The position numbers and the translations under genes were made by a program. 64,000 nucleotides of DNA, taken from Octopus sinensis (Eukaryota). The stretch is taken from positions 24,552,001-24,616,000 of the forward strand of contig NC_043003.1 in the NCBI RefSeq assembly GCF_006345805.1, read 5' to 3'. The notes below the pieces were generated by a model. That model searched no databases and was not told the DNA's origin. It saw only the letters and a list, made by a program, of their open reading frames with translations. This document shows positions 50,480 through 62,729 of the stretch, piece by piece. Position 1 is the stretch's first letter. Each line of letters opens with the position of its first letter.

Positions 50480-51029
50480 GTAAGTTATTGGAGTTATAAT
50501 TATTTCATCTTACTTGCTCAAGTTAATTCTGTGAGAGGGAACAGTATCCTGTTGTTAAAGGTTTCCCAGGGTCTCTCAGGGTCCCTTTCCATGAATTATA
50601 AGACTCAGTACCTAGATATTGTTGTTAAGGCATCAAGCTGACAGAATTGTTAACAGTCTAGGTGAAACTCTTAGCGTCATTTCATCCATCTTTATGTTCT
50701 GAGGTCAACTTTACCTTTCCTCCTTTTAGGGTCAATAAAATAAGTATTGGTTGAGCACTGGGGTTGATGTAATTGATTTACACCCCACCCAAAAAAAATT
50801 GCTGGCCTTGTCACAAAATTTGAAAGCATTTAAAAAAATTTTTTTTTTTTATTATTTTTAAATTAGCAAGCTGGCTGAATTGTTAGCATGGTGGATAAAT
50901 TCTTAGTGGAATTTCTTCCAGTTCTGTACATTTTCCCAAAAGGATGAAAGGTAAAGTCGACCTCAGCAGAATCATCACTGCATCAGTTAAAATGCCTTGT
51001 GACATTTATTTCAGCTCTTTATGTTCTAT

Positions 51030-51252
51030 CAGGCTGAGTAAAAAGGAAGAAACGTTTTGAAACATGAAATTCATCACAATATATTTCAACACTGCTGAAA
51101 TTTAATTCATCAAAGTAATTACCATTACAATCAACACATTTTTACCAACGAGTTACAAGTTTGTTTATTCCAGTAACATAAAAATCTGGAGTTCTGAAGT
51201 TGGTGAACTCTTTGAAAGCACTTTCAGCATCGGTTTGATTTTTGAACTCTTT
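51030..51252 (-). mobile_element. mariner transposase 3' fragment
   Basis: Minus-strand translation ...FRTPDFYVTGINKLVTRW*KCVDCNGNYFDE, a typical mariner C-terminus. Confidence 0.75.
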
Positions 51253-53276
51253 AATAATAATAATAATAATAATTGTGTACAGTGCTCAGGTGCACTACAA
51301 CTCATCTAAAGTGTATATATAATCAGGTGTAGTTTCGGCGGATTTCGGAAAGCATGAGGGCCTTAAAGGATGCAGTGTCATGGCAGTCAACAACTGACGC
51401 AGGCAGTTTATTTCCTTTCTCTCATAGGAAACCATCAAAGTGCTTGAAAAAGTGGTAGTCAGTAGCAAAAAGGTCTGGTGAATAAGCTGGGTGGGAAGAA
51501 CTTTGTAGCCAAGTTCCCTTAACTTCCCTTAAAGCTAACATTAAAATGAGGTGATGGTGGTGGCAATTATTTTCATGATTATTTTTATCACTTAATAACA
51601 AAGTAAAATATAAGTGGTGGATAAATATATTCTTCTACATTTATTAATCCCTGTTCATTTACATTTGTATGCCTCATGTATACAAGCACACATATATGTA
51701 CATACACATGTACACTAACACATATATAAACCTACATATACATATGTATACATATATGAATCTAATTCTATCCTATTGTCAGTGTCTTTTCTTATTTTCA
51801 TATATATATATATATATATATATATGCTAGCATGGAATGCGGATGTTAAACAATGATGATGATATATATATATATATATATATATCATCATCATCGTTTA
51901 ACGTCCGTTTTCCGTACTACCACGGGTTGGACGGTTCGACCGGGGTCTTGGAAGCCAGGGACTGCACCAGGCTCCAGTCTGATCTGGCAGTGTTTCTACA
52001 GCTGGATGCCCTTCCTAACGCCAACCACTCCGCGAGTGTAGTGGGTGCTTTTTACGTGCCAAGGGAGTCTGGCATCGGCCACGATCGGTTGGTGCTTTTA
52101 ACGTGCCACCAGCATGGAAGCCAGCCAAGGCGGCACTGGCATCGGCCACGTTCGGATGGTGCTTTTTTATGTGTCACCGGCACAGAAGCCAGTCGAGGCG
52201 GTGCTAGCATCGGCCACGTTCGGATGGTGCTTTTTATGTGCCACCGGCACAGAAGCCAGTTGAAGTGGAGCTGGCAACGGCCACGTTCGGATGGTGCTTT
52301 TTATGTGCCACCGGCACAGGTATCACAATTACTATTTCCATTGATATTTGTTTCGATGTTCATGTACATGCACTTGACTCAACAGGTCTCCTCAAGCACA
52401 GCGAGATGTTCTGGGATCCAAGGTACTTTGAATGGGCAGGGGCTATGCGGATCTGGTGCCGGAAGCAGCCCGGGTCTTTGCAGTCACAGCACATCTCCAG
52501 AGATCTCGGTCCTTCGCCATTGCCTCAGTGAGGCCCAACGCTCTGAGGTCATGCTTGACTACCTCATCCCATGTCTTCCTGGGTCTACCTCTCCCCCTGA
52601 TTCCTTCAACTGTTTGAGAGCGGCACTTCTTCACACATCTCTCCTCATCCATCCGCAGTACATGACCATACCATCGCAAGCGTCGCTCTTGCACACCACA
52701 TCTGATGCTTCTTATGTCCAGCATTTCTCTCAGGGTGCTTACACTCTGTCATGCATGCACACTGACATTACACATCCAGCGGATCATGCTAGCTTCCATT
52801 CTCTCAAGTCTACACATGTCCTCTGCAGTCACGGCCTGCATCAGACTCCATCAGATGCCCTTCCTAATGCCAACCACTCCGCGAGTGTAGTGGGTGCTTT
52901 TATGTGCCACCGGCACATAATTCATTAAGGCTGTGAGCTGGTAAAATCGTTAGCATGCCAGGCAAAAATACTTTGTGGCATTTCATCCACCTTTACATTT
53001 TGAGTTCAAATTCCGCCAAGGTCAACTTTGCCTTTCATCCTTTTGGGGTTGATACATTAAGTACCAGTGAAACACTGGGATCAATGTAATTGACTAGTCC
53101 CCCTCACTCAAAATTTCAGGCCTTGTGCTTATAGTAGCAAGGATTATTATTATTTTTTTTTTTCCTTCTTTCTTCAAATTTTCTTACGTTTCTTGCTGAG
53201 TGTTTTCCGTACACCTAGGGCAGAGAAGCTCATTGTATGCATTTCCAGATTACACACACAAATTCACAGATAAAAT

Positions 53277-53508
53277 ATCATCATCATCATCGTTTAACGT
53301 CCGTTTTCCATGCAGGCATGGGTTGGACGGTTCGACCGGGGTCTGGGAAGTCAGGAGACTGTGTCAGGCTCTAGTCTGATCTGGCAGTGTTTCTACAGCT
53401 GGATGTCCTTCCTAATGCCAACCAGCTGTAGAAACACTGCCAGGTCAGACTGGAGCCTGGTGCAGCCTCCTGGCTTCCCAGACCCCGGTCGAACCGTCCA
53501 ACCCATGC
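53277..53508. mobile_element. RTE tail with fold-back inversion (87-bp arms 53316-53402 / 53422-53508, 19-nt loop)
   Basis: The same tail segment appears in both orientations with about 7 mismatches. Confidence 0.9.
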
Positions 53509-53665
53509 TGTATTTAAAAAATTAATAAATAAATAAATTCATGACTGGATGTTGTTTTCACAGCAATGTTGTTGATGATGATGATGAGGAGGAGGAGGCA
53601 AAATGGTAGAATCAGGAAAGCATTGAACAAAATTATTTGTGATATTTAATTAGAAATTCCTATTC

Positions 53666-54742
53666 CCTCATCATCATCATCATCATCATCGTCGTTTAGC
53701 GTCCGTTTTCCATGCTAGCATGGGTTGGACGGTTCTACTGGGGTCTGTGAAGCCAGAAGGCTTCATCAGGCCCAGTCAAATCTGGCAGTGTTTCTACGGC
53801 TGGATGCCCTTCCTAACGCCAACCACTCCGTGAGTGTAGTGGGTGCTTTTTACGTGCCACCCGCACAGGTGCCAGACTGAGCTGGCAAACGGCCACGAAC
53901 GGATGGTGCTTTTTATGTGCCACCGGCACGAGGGCCAGGCGAGGCTGGCAACGGACACGAAACGGGGCGGTGCTGGCAACGGTCGCGAAACGGAAGGTTC
54001 TCTTACATGCCACCGGCACTGGTAACACATCTGCAATTTCCATTGATCGATTTCCATTCTGATCCTCACTTGCCTCAACGGGTCTTCACGAGTAGAGTTT
54101 CGACATGCCACCGGCACTGGTAACACATCTGCAATTTCCATTGATTGATTTCGATTCTGATCCTCACTTGCCTCAACAGGTCTTCACAAGTAGAGTTTTG
54201 TGTCCCAAGAAGGGAAGGTATGCATACGTAGGCTGGCTCCATCCCAAGTAGAAGGCCACGGGTTATGGACTCACTTGTCCTGCCGGGTCTTCTCGCGCAC
54301 AGCACACTTCCAGAGGACTCGGTCTCTAGTCATTTCCTCAGTGAGACCTAAAGTTCGAAGGTCGTGCTTCACCACCTCGTCCCAGGTTTTCCTGGGTCTG
54401 CCTCTTCCACAGGTTCCCTCAACCGCTAGGGTGTGGCACTTTTTCACACAACTATCTTCATCCATTCTCGCCACATGACCATACCAGCGCAAACGTCTCT
54501 CTTGCACACCACAACTGATGCTTCTTAGGTCCAGCTTTTCTCTCAAGGTACTTACACTCTGTCGATTATGAACACTGACATTACACATCCATCGGAGCAT
54601 ACTGGCTTCATTTCTTGCGAGCTTATGCATATCCTCAGCAGTCACGGCCCATGTTTCACTGCCATGTAGCATGGCTGTTCGTACACACGCATCATACAGT
54701 CTGCCTTTCACTCTGTGCGAGAGGCCTTTTGTCACCAGCATT
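53666..54742 (-). mobile_element. RTE-clade LINE 3' portion, second subfamily (ORF 54271-54741)
   Basis: MLHGSETW...RRLRWYGHVARM...GRGRPRKTW motifs; the 3'UTR has a 98-bp tandem duplication (54005-54198), repeat units and a (GAT)n tail. Confidence 0.93.
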
Positions 54743-55362
54743 TGTATAAATCTGAAGCTTTATATTTGTTTACATAATGTAATCTTAAATGCTTCAAGGG
54801 AAGGACAAGGTGGTCATGGCCAGAGCATATATAATATTTGGTCTGCTCAATCAGAACTGTCCTTGGACTAAACAGCAACAGCAGCAACAACAGTTTGGTG
54901 AACTGACTGTTTAGTTACAAGTACAAAATAGTGTCAGTGATAAGACATGAACAATCACCTACTTCAAGGCTAGTTGTCTGAAGTTTCTATCAATCCTACC
55001 ATCCACATTATCTATAGTAGTAATTATATTATTTAACCCTTTAGCATTCAGATTATTCTGTCAAATGTAATGCTTATTTATCCACAGTATTTTGAATCAC
55101 TCCTGCATTATCTTATAGCTTCAAAATTTCAATGGTATATTTCTTTTACTCTTTTACTTCTTGTTTCAGTCATTTGACTGTGGCCGTGCTGGAGGACCGC
55201 CTTTAGTCGAGCAAATCGACCCCAAGACTTATTCTTTGGAAGCATAGTACTTATACCATCGGTCTCTTTTGCTGAACAGCTAAGTTATGGGGACGTAAAC
55301 ACACCAAGCGATGTTGGGGGGACAAACACACACACATACATATATATATATGTACATATATA

Positions 55363-55747
55363 TCTCTCTCTATATAAACGGCACTTTGTCTGTGCGTTTT
55401 CTGTGTGTCTGTTTTCTCGTACCCTCACTCTGACCACGGCTTTCAACCGATTCTGATGAAACTTGACACACACATAGCCCAATGTCATAATTCAAAACTA
55501 ACGCAGCGAAAATTTTGAAAAGTTCCCCCAGTTCTGAAAAAAAATCGATAAATTCGACATGGGGTCGAGAATCAGAAACCCAAACCACAGACCGTCTAGG
55601 GGACGCAACTCCACCTTTTTTAACTCTCAAAAAAAATTTACCATCATTTTTTTTCCATTTTTTTGCTATTTTTTGGCTATAACTCTCTAAAAATGCTTTA
55701 TAGTTATTTCCCTTACAAACCTGAGCAACGCCGGGCGATACTGCTAG
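55363..55747 (+). mobile_element. Non-autonomous Helitron, 385 bp, nested in the microsatellite of a CORE-like SINE
   Basis: A|TC start, CCTGAGCAACGCCGGG hairpin, CTAG|T end. Confidence 0.82.
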
Positions 55748-57296
55748 TATATATATATATATATATATTCGATGGGCTTCTTTCAGTTTCTGTCTACCAA
55801 ATCCACTCATAAGGCTTTGGTCGGCCCAAGGCTATAGTAGAAGATACTTGCCCAAGGTGCCACGCAGTGGGACTGAACCCAAAACCATGTGGTTCGTAAG
55901 CAAGCTACTTACAACACAGCCACTCCTAGATTGTTTATTTTTAGAGTAATATAGTTGGGTAAGTGTGAAAAGCTGAATCTGGCCATTTTGAACATAAGGC
56001 AGATAAAATATTTTGGCCAGATGTGGCCAGCTTGAATGCCGAAGGGTTAAACTGGCCAGATCTGGGTTCTCACACCTATCCTCTAATGTCATTCTAAAAA
56101 TGAACAATCACGTCATTGAAAGCTTAAAGCTATGAGATTATGTGTGATTCAAAACAATATGAATAAATAAGCATTACATTTGACACAATAGTCTGAATGC
56201 TAAATGGTTAACCTTGTTAAAATTCCAATAAGAGGACCACTGCAGGCTGATGCCCACGCCGCCTGACTGGCGTCCGTGTCGGTGACACGTAAAAAGCACC
56301 AACCGATCATGGCCGTTTGGCAGCCTCCTCTGGCCCCTGTGCCAGTGGCACATAAAAAGCACCCACTACACTCACAGAGTGGTTGGCGTTAGGAAGGGCA
56401 TCCAGCTGTGGAAACACTGCCAGATCAGACTGGAGCCCGGCGCTGCCTCCTGGCTTCCCAGACCCCAGTTGAACCATCCAACCTATGCTAGCATGGAAAA
56501 CAGACGTTAAACGAAGATGATGATGATGATGAGATAACAACCAAATCTTCCTTGGATCACATGCAACTTCCTTGAAAAATGAAGAACATTTTGGATAATG
56601 TAATCCAAGCTAACACTACATTTTAAATGGTAAAATGACTTTTGATCATAGACATGCCTACAAAGTCAGAAAACAACACAGCTCCCATGACTTTCGGAAA
56701 CATTTTTTCACGCTCAGAGTTGCTGAAGCATGGAATAAACTGCCTGCGTCAGTTGTTGACTGCCATGACACTGCATCCTTTAAGGCCCTCATGCTTTCCG
56801 AAATCCGCCGAAAATACACCTGATTATATATACACTTTAGATGAGTTGTAGTGCACCTGAGCACTGTACACAATTATTATTATTATTATTATTTGCTGAA
56901 TCAGAACTGGCTTTGGGTTGGACAACAACCAGTTCAAATTCTTTTAAGTTGTTTTTTATTACTTTTGTGAATTTGTTTTGCAAGATTCCTGATGTGAAAT
57001 CGTCTGTTGAAACAGATATTGTTATATTTTGGGATGATCATTTTTGATCATATTCATTCTTTCATCACACATCTGTCACCTCTTCAGCAACTCTTCTATC
57101 CACATGTTTCCTCCTGTTCTCTTTATTCCATTCTATCAGAATGGCAAAAGATTTCCACACAATGGACATAAGATAAAATAAGAACAATAATGAATGAGTG
57201 AAGAGTAAATATATAGTATGTGTGGTTGGTTTTATTCCTTTATTAATTGATTGTTTCTTTGTTGTTTTTATCTTTCTGTTTGTTTCTTTTTTTCAG

Positions 57297-57390
57297 AGAC
57301 ATTCCACCAAGCCAGGGGGGTAAATATATTGGTTTTGGCAGTACACCTGACCCAGTTCCTCAAGAAGATTATATGTCTTCTATCTCTACA
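57297..57390 (+). CDS. ARFGAP1: ArfGAP1 coding exon 6 (DIPPSQGGKYIGFGSTPDPVPQEDYMSSIST); gene continues beyond the window
   Basis: Long polypyrimidine tract plus CAG acceptor; conserved PPSQGGKY.GFG motif; GTAAGT donor at 57391; no following ALPS (GW..) exon found before 64000. Confidence 0.95.
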
Positions 57391-57777
57391 GTAAGTTACT
57401 ATTTAAAACTCATTTGAAATTGTAGCAGAATTAGAGCAAGTATTCACTTACAGCACTTTACGTTCCAAGTTCAAATCCCACTGAGATCAACCTTGCTTTG
57501 CATCCTTTCAGTAGGGTTTGGAGGGGGTCGATAAAATAAAGCACTAGTGAAATACTAGCATTAATATAATCAATAACTCCTTTCCTTTCCCCGTCATTTA
57601 AAAAATATAGAATCACATCATCAAAATCTCAAAGCCACAGGATAATGTATTATTAATTCAAAACAGTGTAAATAAATAAAACATTACATGTGACAGTAAT
57701 GGGTTAAATGTTATATTATTATCTACTGCTGTTGTCTTCATCACTGTACAAATGCAGAGAAATTGTTTGGAATAGAA

Positions 57778-58048
57778 TAGTAGTTTCCAAAGTGGGCAGT
57801 ATTGCTCCCCTGGGTGAGTGGAAAGTTCCAAGGGGACATTGAAGAAAAGTGGGACGATAATGGGGTAGTGATTCATGTAAAAACAACAAAATAATGGGTT
57901 CATAAGGTGTTTTATTTGTGAAACACAGTTGCCTTGAATTTGCTTCAGAAAGAGGTCTGTTTTTGTGATGGTTAGTTGGGGTGGGGGCACTAGGAATGTG
58001 GCCGCAGTGTCAAGGGGGCGGCAGCCCAGAAAGGTTTAGGAACCACTG
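57778..58048. mobile_element. hAT-like MITE (same family as 11709-12046)
   Basis: Ends TAGTAGTTTCCAAA / TTTAGGAACCACTG; perfect 8-bp TSD GAATAGAA. Confidence 0.82.
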
Positions 58049-58797
58049 GAATAGAAGAATAAAATGATGGTGTGTGTATGTCCTGTTTGTGCCCTAATTT
58101 AGTAAACAGTCAGTAGATTTCCTCAGCTGGTGCAACCTACTGAATCATTTTAAAGTAAGGTAGGTGGTCAATATTTTAATGATGTTCATGGAATTAAAGC
58201 CATTACCACTATCACCACCACCATCAGCAGCAGCAGCAACATCAGTATTGCTATTTATTATATTTGTCACCATCATCATCATCATCGCTATTATTGCTAT
58301 CATAATCATCATCATTATTCATAGCTGTGTTTTCTTTCTGCTGTAGGTCAGAAATGTTTACTTTGTGACAACTGTCACCAATCCATATATATATATATGG
58401 CTGTCGTAATCACCACTACCACCACCACTGATGCTATCAACATCATCATCATTATCATCAGCAGCAACATCACTGTCATTGGTGCAACCATTATTTCCAT
58501 ATCCGTTTTGCAACACTTGCCTTGTGCGAGATTACTTTGTCTGGTTTGCACTAAAGTTATATTTGTTTCATTTATTTTCTTTTATTCTTTTACTTGTTTC
58601 AGTCATTTGACTGCAACCATGCTGGAGCACCACCTTTAGTCAAACGAATCAACCCCAGAACTTATTCTTTGTAAGCCTAGTACTTATACTATCGGTTCTC
58701 TTTTGCTGAACCACTAAGTTACAGATGTAAACACATCAACATCGGTTGTCAAGTGATGGTGGGGGGAACAAACACAGACACACAAACATATACATAT

Positions 58798-58843
<46 letters not shown>

Positions 58844-59243
58844 ACGGGCTTCTTTCAGTTTCTGTCTACCAAATTCACTTACAAGGCTTTGGTCAACCTG
58901 AGGCTATAGTAGAAGACACTTGCCCAAGGTGCCACACAGTGGGACTGAACCCGGAACCATGTGGTTCGTAAGCAGGCTACTTATCCCACAGCCACTCCTG
59001 CACCTACATATATATGACAGGCTTCTTTCAGTTTCCGTCTACCAAATCCACTCACAAGGCTTTGGTCAGCCCCAGGCTACGGTAAAAGACACTTGCCCTA
59101 CGTGCCAGACAGTAGGACCGAACCTGGAACCATGTGGTTGGGAAGTAAGCTTCTTAACACACAGCCACTCCTGCACCTGTATGTATGTATGTATGTATGT
59201 GTGTGTGTGTGTACATATATATACAATCACACACATGTGTATG

Positions 59244-59276
<33 letters not shown>

Positions 59277-59884
59277 ATGTACATATATATACAATCACAC
59301 ACGTGTGTGTGTATGTATATATATATATGTGTGTGTGTGTGTATGTATACTTATCCACACATGTGAGTGTGTATATATATGTACACTCGTGTGTGTGCAT
59401 TTTTATATGTGTATGTGTATATATGTATATACATGCATATGTATGTATTTAATTAGCGGTGGTATATAAATAGAAAAAAAAGCCTATATAATTCTGTAGT
59501 TATATTCACTCTTTATAACATCATTGGAAAGTCACAGCTGGCCAAGGGGAAGCGACAAAAAACCTATTAAAGTAAAAGTCTGACAGCTAATCACCTTCTA
59601 TTGTCTGCAGCAAAGCAGCAAAGATACTCATCCTGTGAAGGTCAAGATAACTTAGTTGTTGCAAGAAAGTAATTCATAACCCAACTGTAAGCAGTGGGAG
59701 ATTCATAATTGATGAGCACAGGCATGGCTGTGTGGTTAAGAAGTTTGCTTCCTAACCACATGGTTTCAGGCTCAGCCCCACTCTGTGGCACATTGAACAA
59801 GTGTTTTCCATAGTCCTGCTATACCTATTCTACTCAACAGAACTGTGTGGTTGGCCTGGTAGATGAAACTGAAAGAAGCCTGTC

Positions 59885-59919
<35 letters not shown>

Positions 59920-59924
<5 letters not shown>

Positions 59925-60134
59925 CTTTACTGCCCACAAGGGGCTAAACATAGAGAGGACAAAAAGGGACAGACAAACGGATTAAGTCGATTACATCAAC
60001 CCCAGTATGAACCTGGTACTTTATTTATCGACCCCGAAAGGATGAAAGGCAAAGTTGAACTCAGAATGTAACGACAGATGAAATACTGCTACGCATTTCA
60101 CCCGGTGTGCTAACCGTTCTGCCAGCTCGCCGCC
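59920..60134 (-). mobile_element. Nin/Deu-like SINE monomer inside a (TA)n tract
   Basis: Full tRNA-like head and the same tail as the multimer units. Confidence 0.88.
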
Positions 60135-60155
60135 TCGCATATACATATATATATA

Positions 60156-60225
<70 letters not shown>

Positions 60226-60283
60226 AGAGAGAGAGAGAGAGAGAGAGCATATAATGACGGGACACGTGCTCTTGTCTCTGTTA

Positions 60284-60419
60284 GTTATTGGGGCCGGTTA
60301 CTGATGAGAAATTCGCCTTGCAATAATATTGTTTTGCTAAATTACCTATTAAAGGATGGCAAATAATAATTGTTTGCTAAAGAAATTTCGAAACCATGGT
60401 ATAACTGATAATAAATAAC
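60284..60419 (+). ncRNA. Type I hammerhead ribozyme motif (intron 6, sense strand); predicted cleavage after A60401
   Basis: Stem I CGGTTA 60295-60300 / TAACTG 60402-60407; CTGATGA 60301-60307; stem II GAAATT 60308-60313 / AATTTC 60384-60389; GAAA 60390-60393; palindromic stem III ACCATGGT 60393-60400; GUA triplet; distal stem I GTTATT/AATAAC. Confidence 0.85.
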
Positions 60420-61515
60420 AAGGTAAAAGTTTTTAGTTTTCAATCCCTTCGAAAATTGCTATTAAATCGTGGTTTTGGCCGTGTTGGCTGCTATTTCTAG
60501 CATGTAAAAATTACCTGTTAAAAGGTAGTTTTCTCTTGTGTTTAAATGTACACTTTTTTAAAATATGTATGTATGTATGTATATATATATATATTATATA
60601 TATATATATATATACATATATCTTGCCTGTTGCCAAGCATGATAATATTTCCCAATGGCTGATCAGGTGTAATGGTGAGGTTCTTTTACAGCCGTTGCAC
60701 AATGCCAAGACTAGGAAATACATGTACACACATAGGCGCAGGTGTGACTGTGTGGTAAGTAGCTTGCTTCCTTACCACATGCAGGTGCAGTCCCACTGTG
60801 TGGCACCTTCAGCAAGCAGCTTCTACTATAGCCTCAGGCCGACCAAAGCCTTGTGAATAGATTTGGTAGGTGGAAACTGAAAGAAGCCCATCGTATAAGT
60901 ATGTATATCTCTGTGTGTGTCTGTTTTTGTCTCCTCATCACCACTTGATAACCAGTGTTGGTGTGTTTACACCCCTGTAACTTAACAGTTCAGCAAAAGA
61001 GATTGATAGAGTAAGTACTAGGCTTTAAAAAAATGCAAATCCTGAGGTCGATTTGTTCGACTAAAAATCCTTCAAGGCAGTGCTCCAGCATGACCACAGT
61101 CAAATGACTGAAACAAGTAAAAGAATAAAAGAATACACATACATCTATACTACAGGTTTCTTTCAGTTTCTCTCTATCAAATCTATTCACCACACTTTGG
61201 TCAGCCAGTGGCTATAGCACAAGGCTATTGCCCAAGGTGGCATGCAGTGGGACTGAAACCTTGAATCCATGTTCTTAATCACAGAAAATTAGACGAAATG
61301 TTTATGAAAGAGATAACAGGTCACAAAAATGTGACAACACAGAAAAATTAACGAGAGTCAAATCCTATGAGCAAACAATAAAGAATCTCCTGCTTGAATA
61401 AATATAAACAAACATTATTTTCAACAGTTTCCCACTTTTTATTTTTCCTTCATTAACTAATTAACAAAATTACTCAGCTGAATTTTTTTTTTGCCTGTAT
61501 TATTATCATCATTAT

Positions 61516-61553
<38 letters not shown>

Positions 61554-62729
61554 TATTATTATTGTTATTGTTATTATTATTATTATTTTCTACAAACTCA
61601 CACACAGACATGCCTACAAACACTCCTACGCATACCCACACACTCATTCATTCATAGCGTCACGTCATTGATTTTATTATGTTGTTATTGTGTCAATATT
61701 ACTGTTCCAATAATATTAATTTAATTTTAATTCTATACGTTAACACAAAACCAACTTTTTAGGCAAAGTGGAATTCAGGACTGTAATAGTCTTACCTTTG
61801 TTTAGAGTTGTGGTGCCAAGCCTTTTTTTCTTTTTTAATTATATTTGGTCTTCTTTGGTTTTTCATTTTGTTTTGTTTTTTGTAGCGCCCAATGTATGAA
61901 GATTTTAATTAACTAATTGACAAAATTGCAATTACTAGGTGGTTTTCTTTATGGATTTTTTTTTCTTTGCTTTATTGTCTACATGTTAAAATTTATTGTT
62001 AAGTTGAATATTATAGATTATTTTACTTTAAAAAATGCCACAAAACATATTTCTCTTAAATGCATCCATGTTGTTGTTTGGTACCAGATTAGCCCTGATT
62101 GAGGTGATCTTTCATCAGAGGCACTCCAGCAATGAACAATCCACCTTTTTTCTTTCCTCTTTCTTCTGGCATAATATACCTTGGACTACATTATTTCAGT
62201 GTAATCTTCCATTCTGAAGTCAGTAGAGGCTTGTCATTTGAGGGAGATTTTGCTGCTGTTTCCAGCAAGTCAAGTAATTACATAGATGCTCTTTCTCTCT
62301 CTCTCTTTGGTTTGTCTTCAATAAAGTCATTAGTATAGGTGACTCACTAGTGAGGTTAAAAATTCTGCTTCCCAATGACATGGTTTGGGGTTAAGTCTTT
62401 GTGGCATGGCTTTTTGAGCAAGTGTTCTCTGCAATAGTGCCAGGCAAACCAAACCCTTGTGAATTGATTTGGTTAGCAGAAACTAAATGGGCCCTGCTCT
62501 GTGTGTGTATATGTGTATTTATATATGTGTGTGTGGCACGTAAAAAACACCCACTACACTCACGGAGTGGTTGGCGTTAGGAAGGGCATCCAGCCATAGA
62601 AACACTGCCAGATCTGACTGGGCCTGACGAAGCCTTCCAGCTTCACAGACCCCAGTTGACCCGTCCAACCCATGCTAGCATGGAAAGCGGACGCTAAATG
62701 ATGATGATGATGATGATATATATATATAT

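Larger units (their letters stand above)
48242..52917. repeat. About 1.34-kb direct duplication (48242-49587 and 51578-52917) flanking ArfGAP1 exon 5
   Basis: Includes about 230 bp of unique flank as well as the RTE; only a few substitutions and small indels differ. Confidence 0.93.

Noticed and set aside
53755-53775. CTGATGA-AGCC-TTCT-GGCT on the minus strand of an RTE tail (also CTGACGA at about 62625)
   Set aside because: The hairpin is followed by TCACAG instead of GAAA, and most copies read CTGGTGCA, so this is not a hammerhead.
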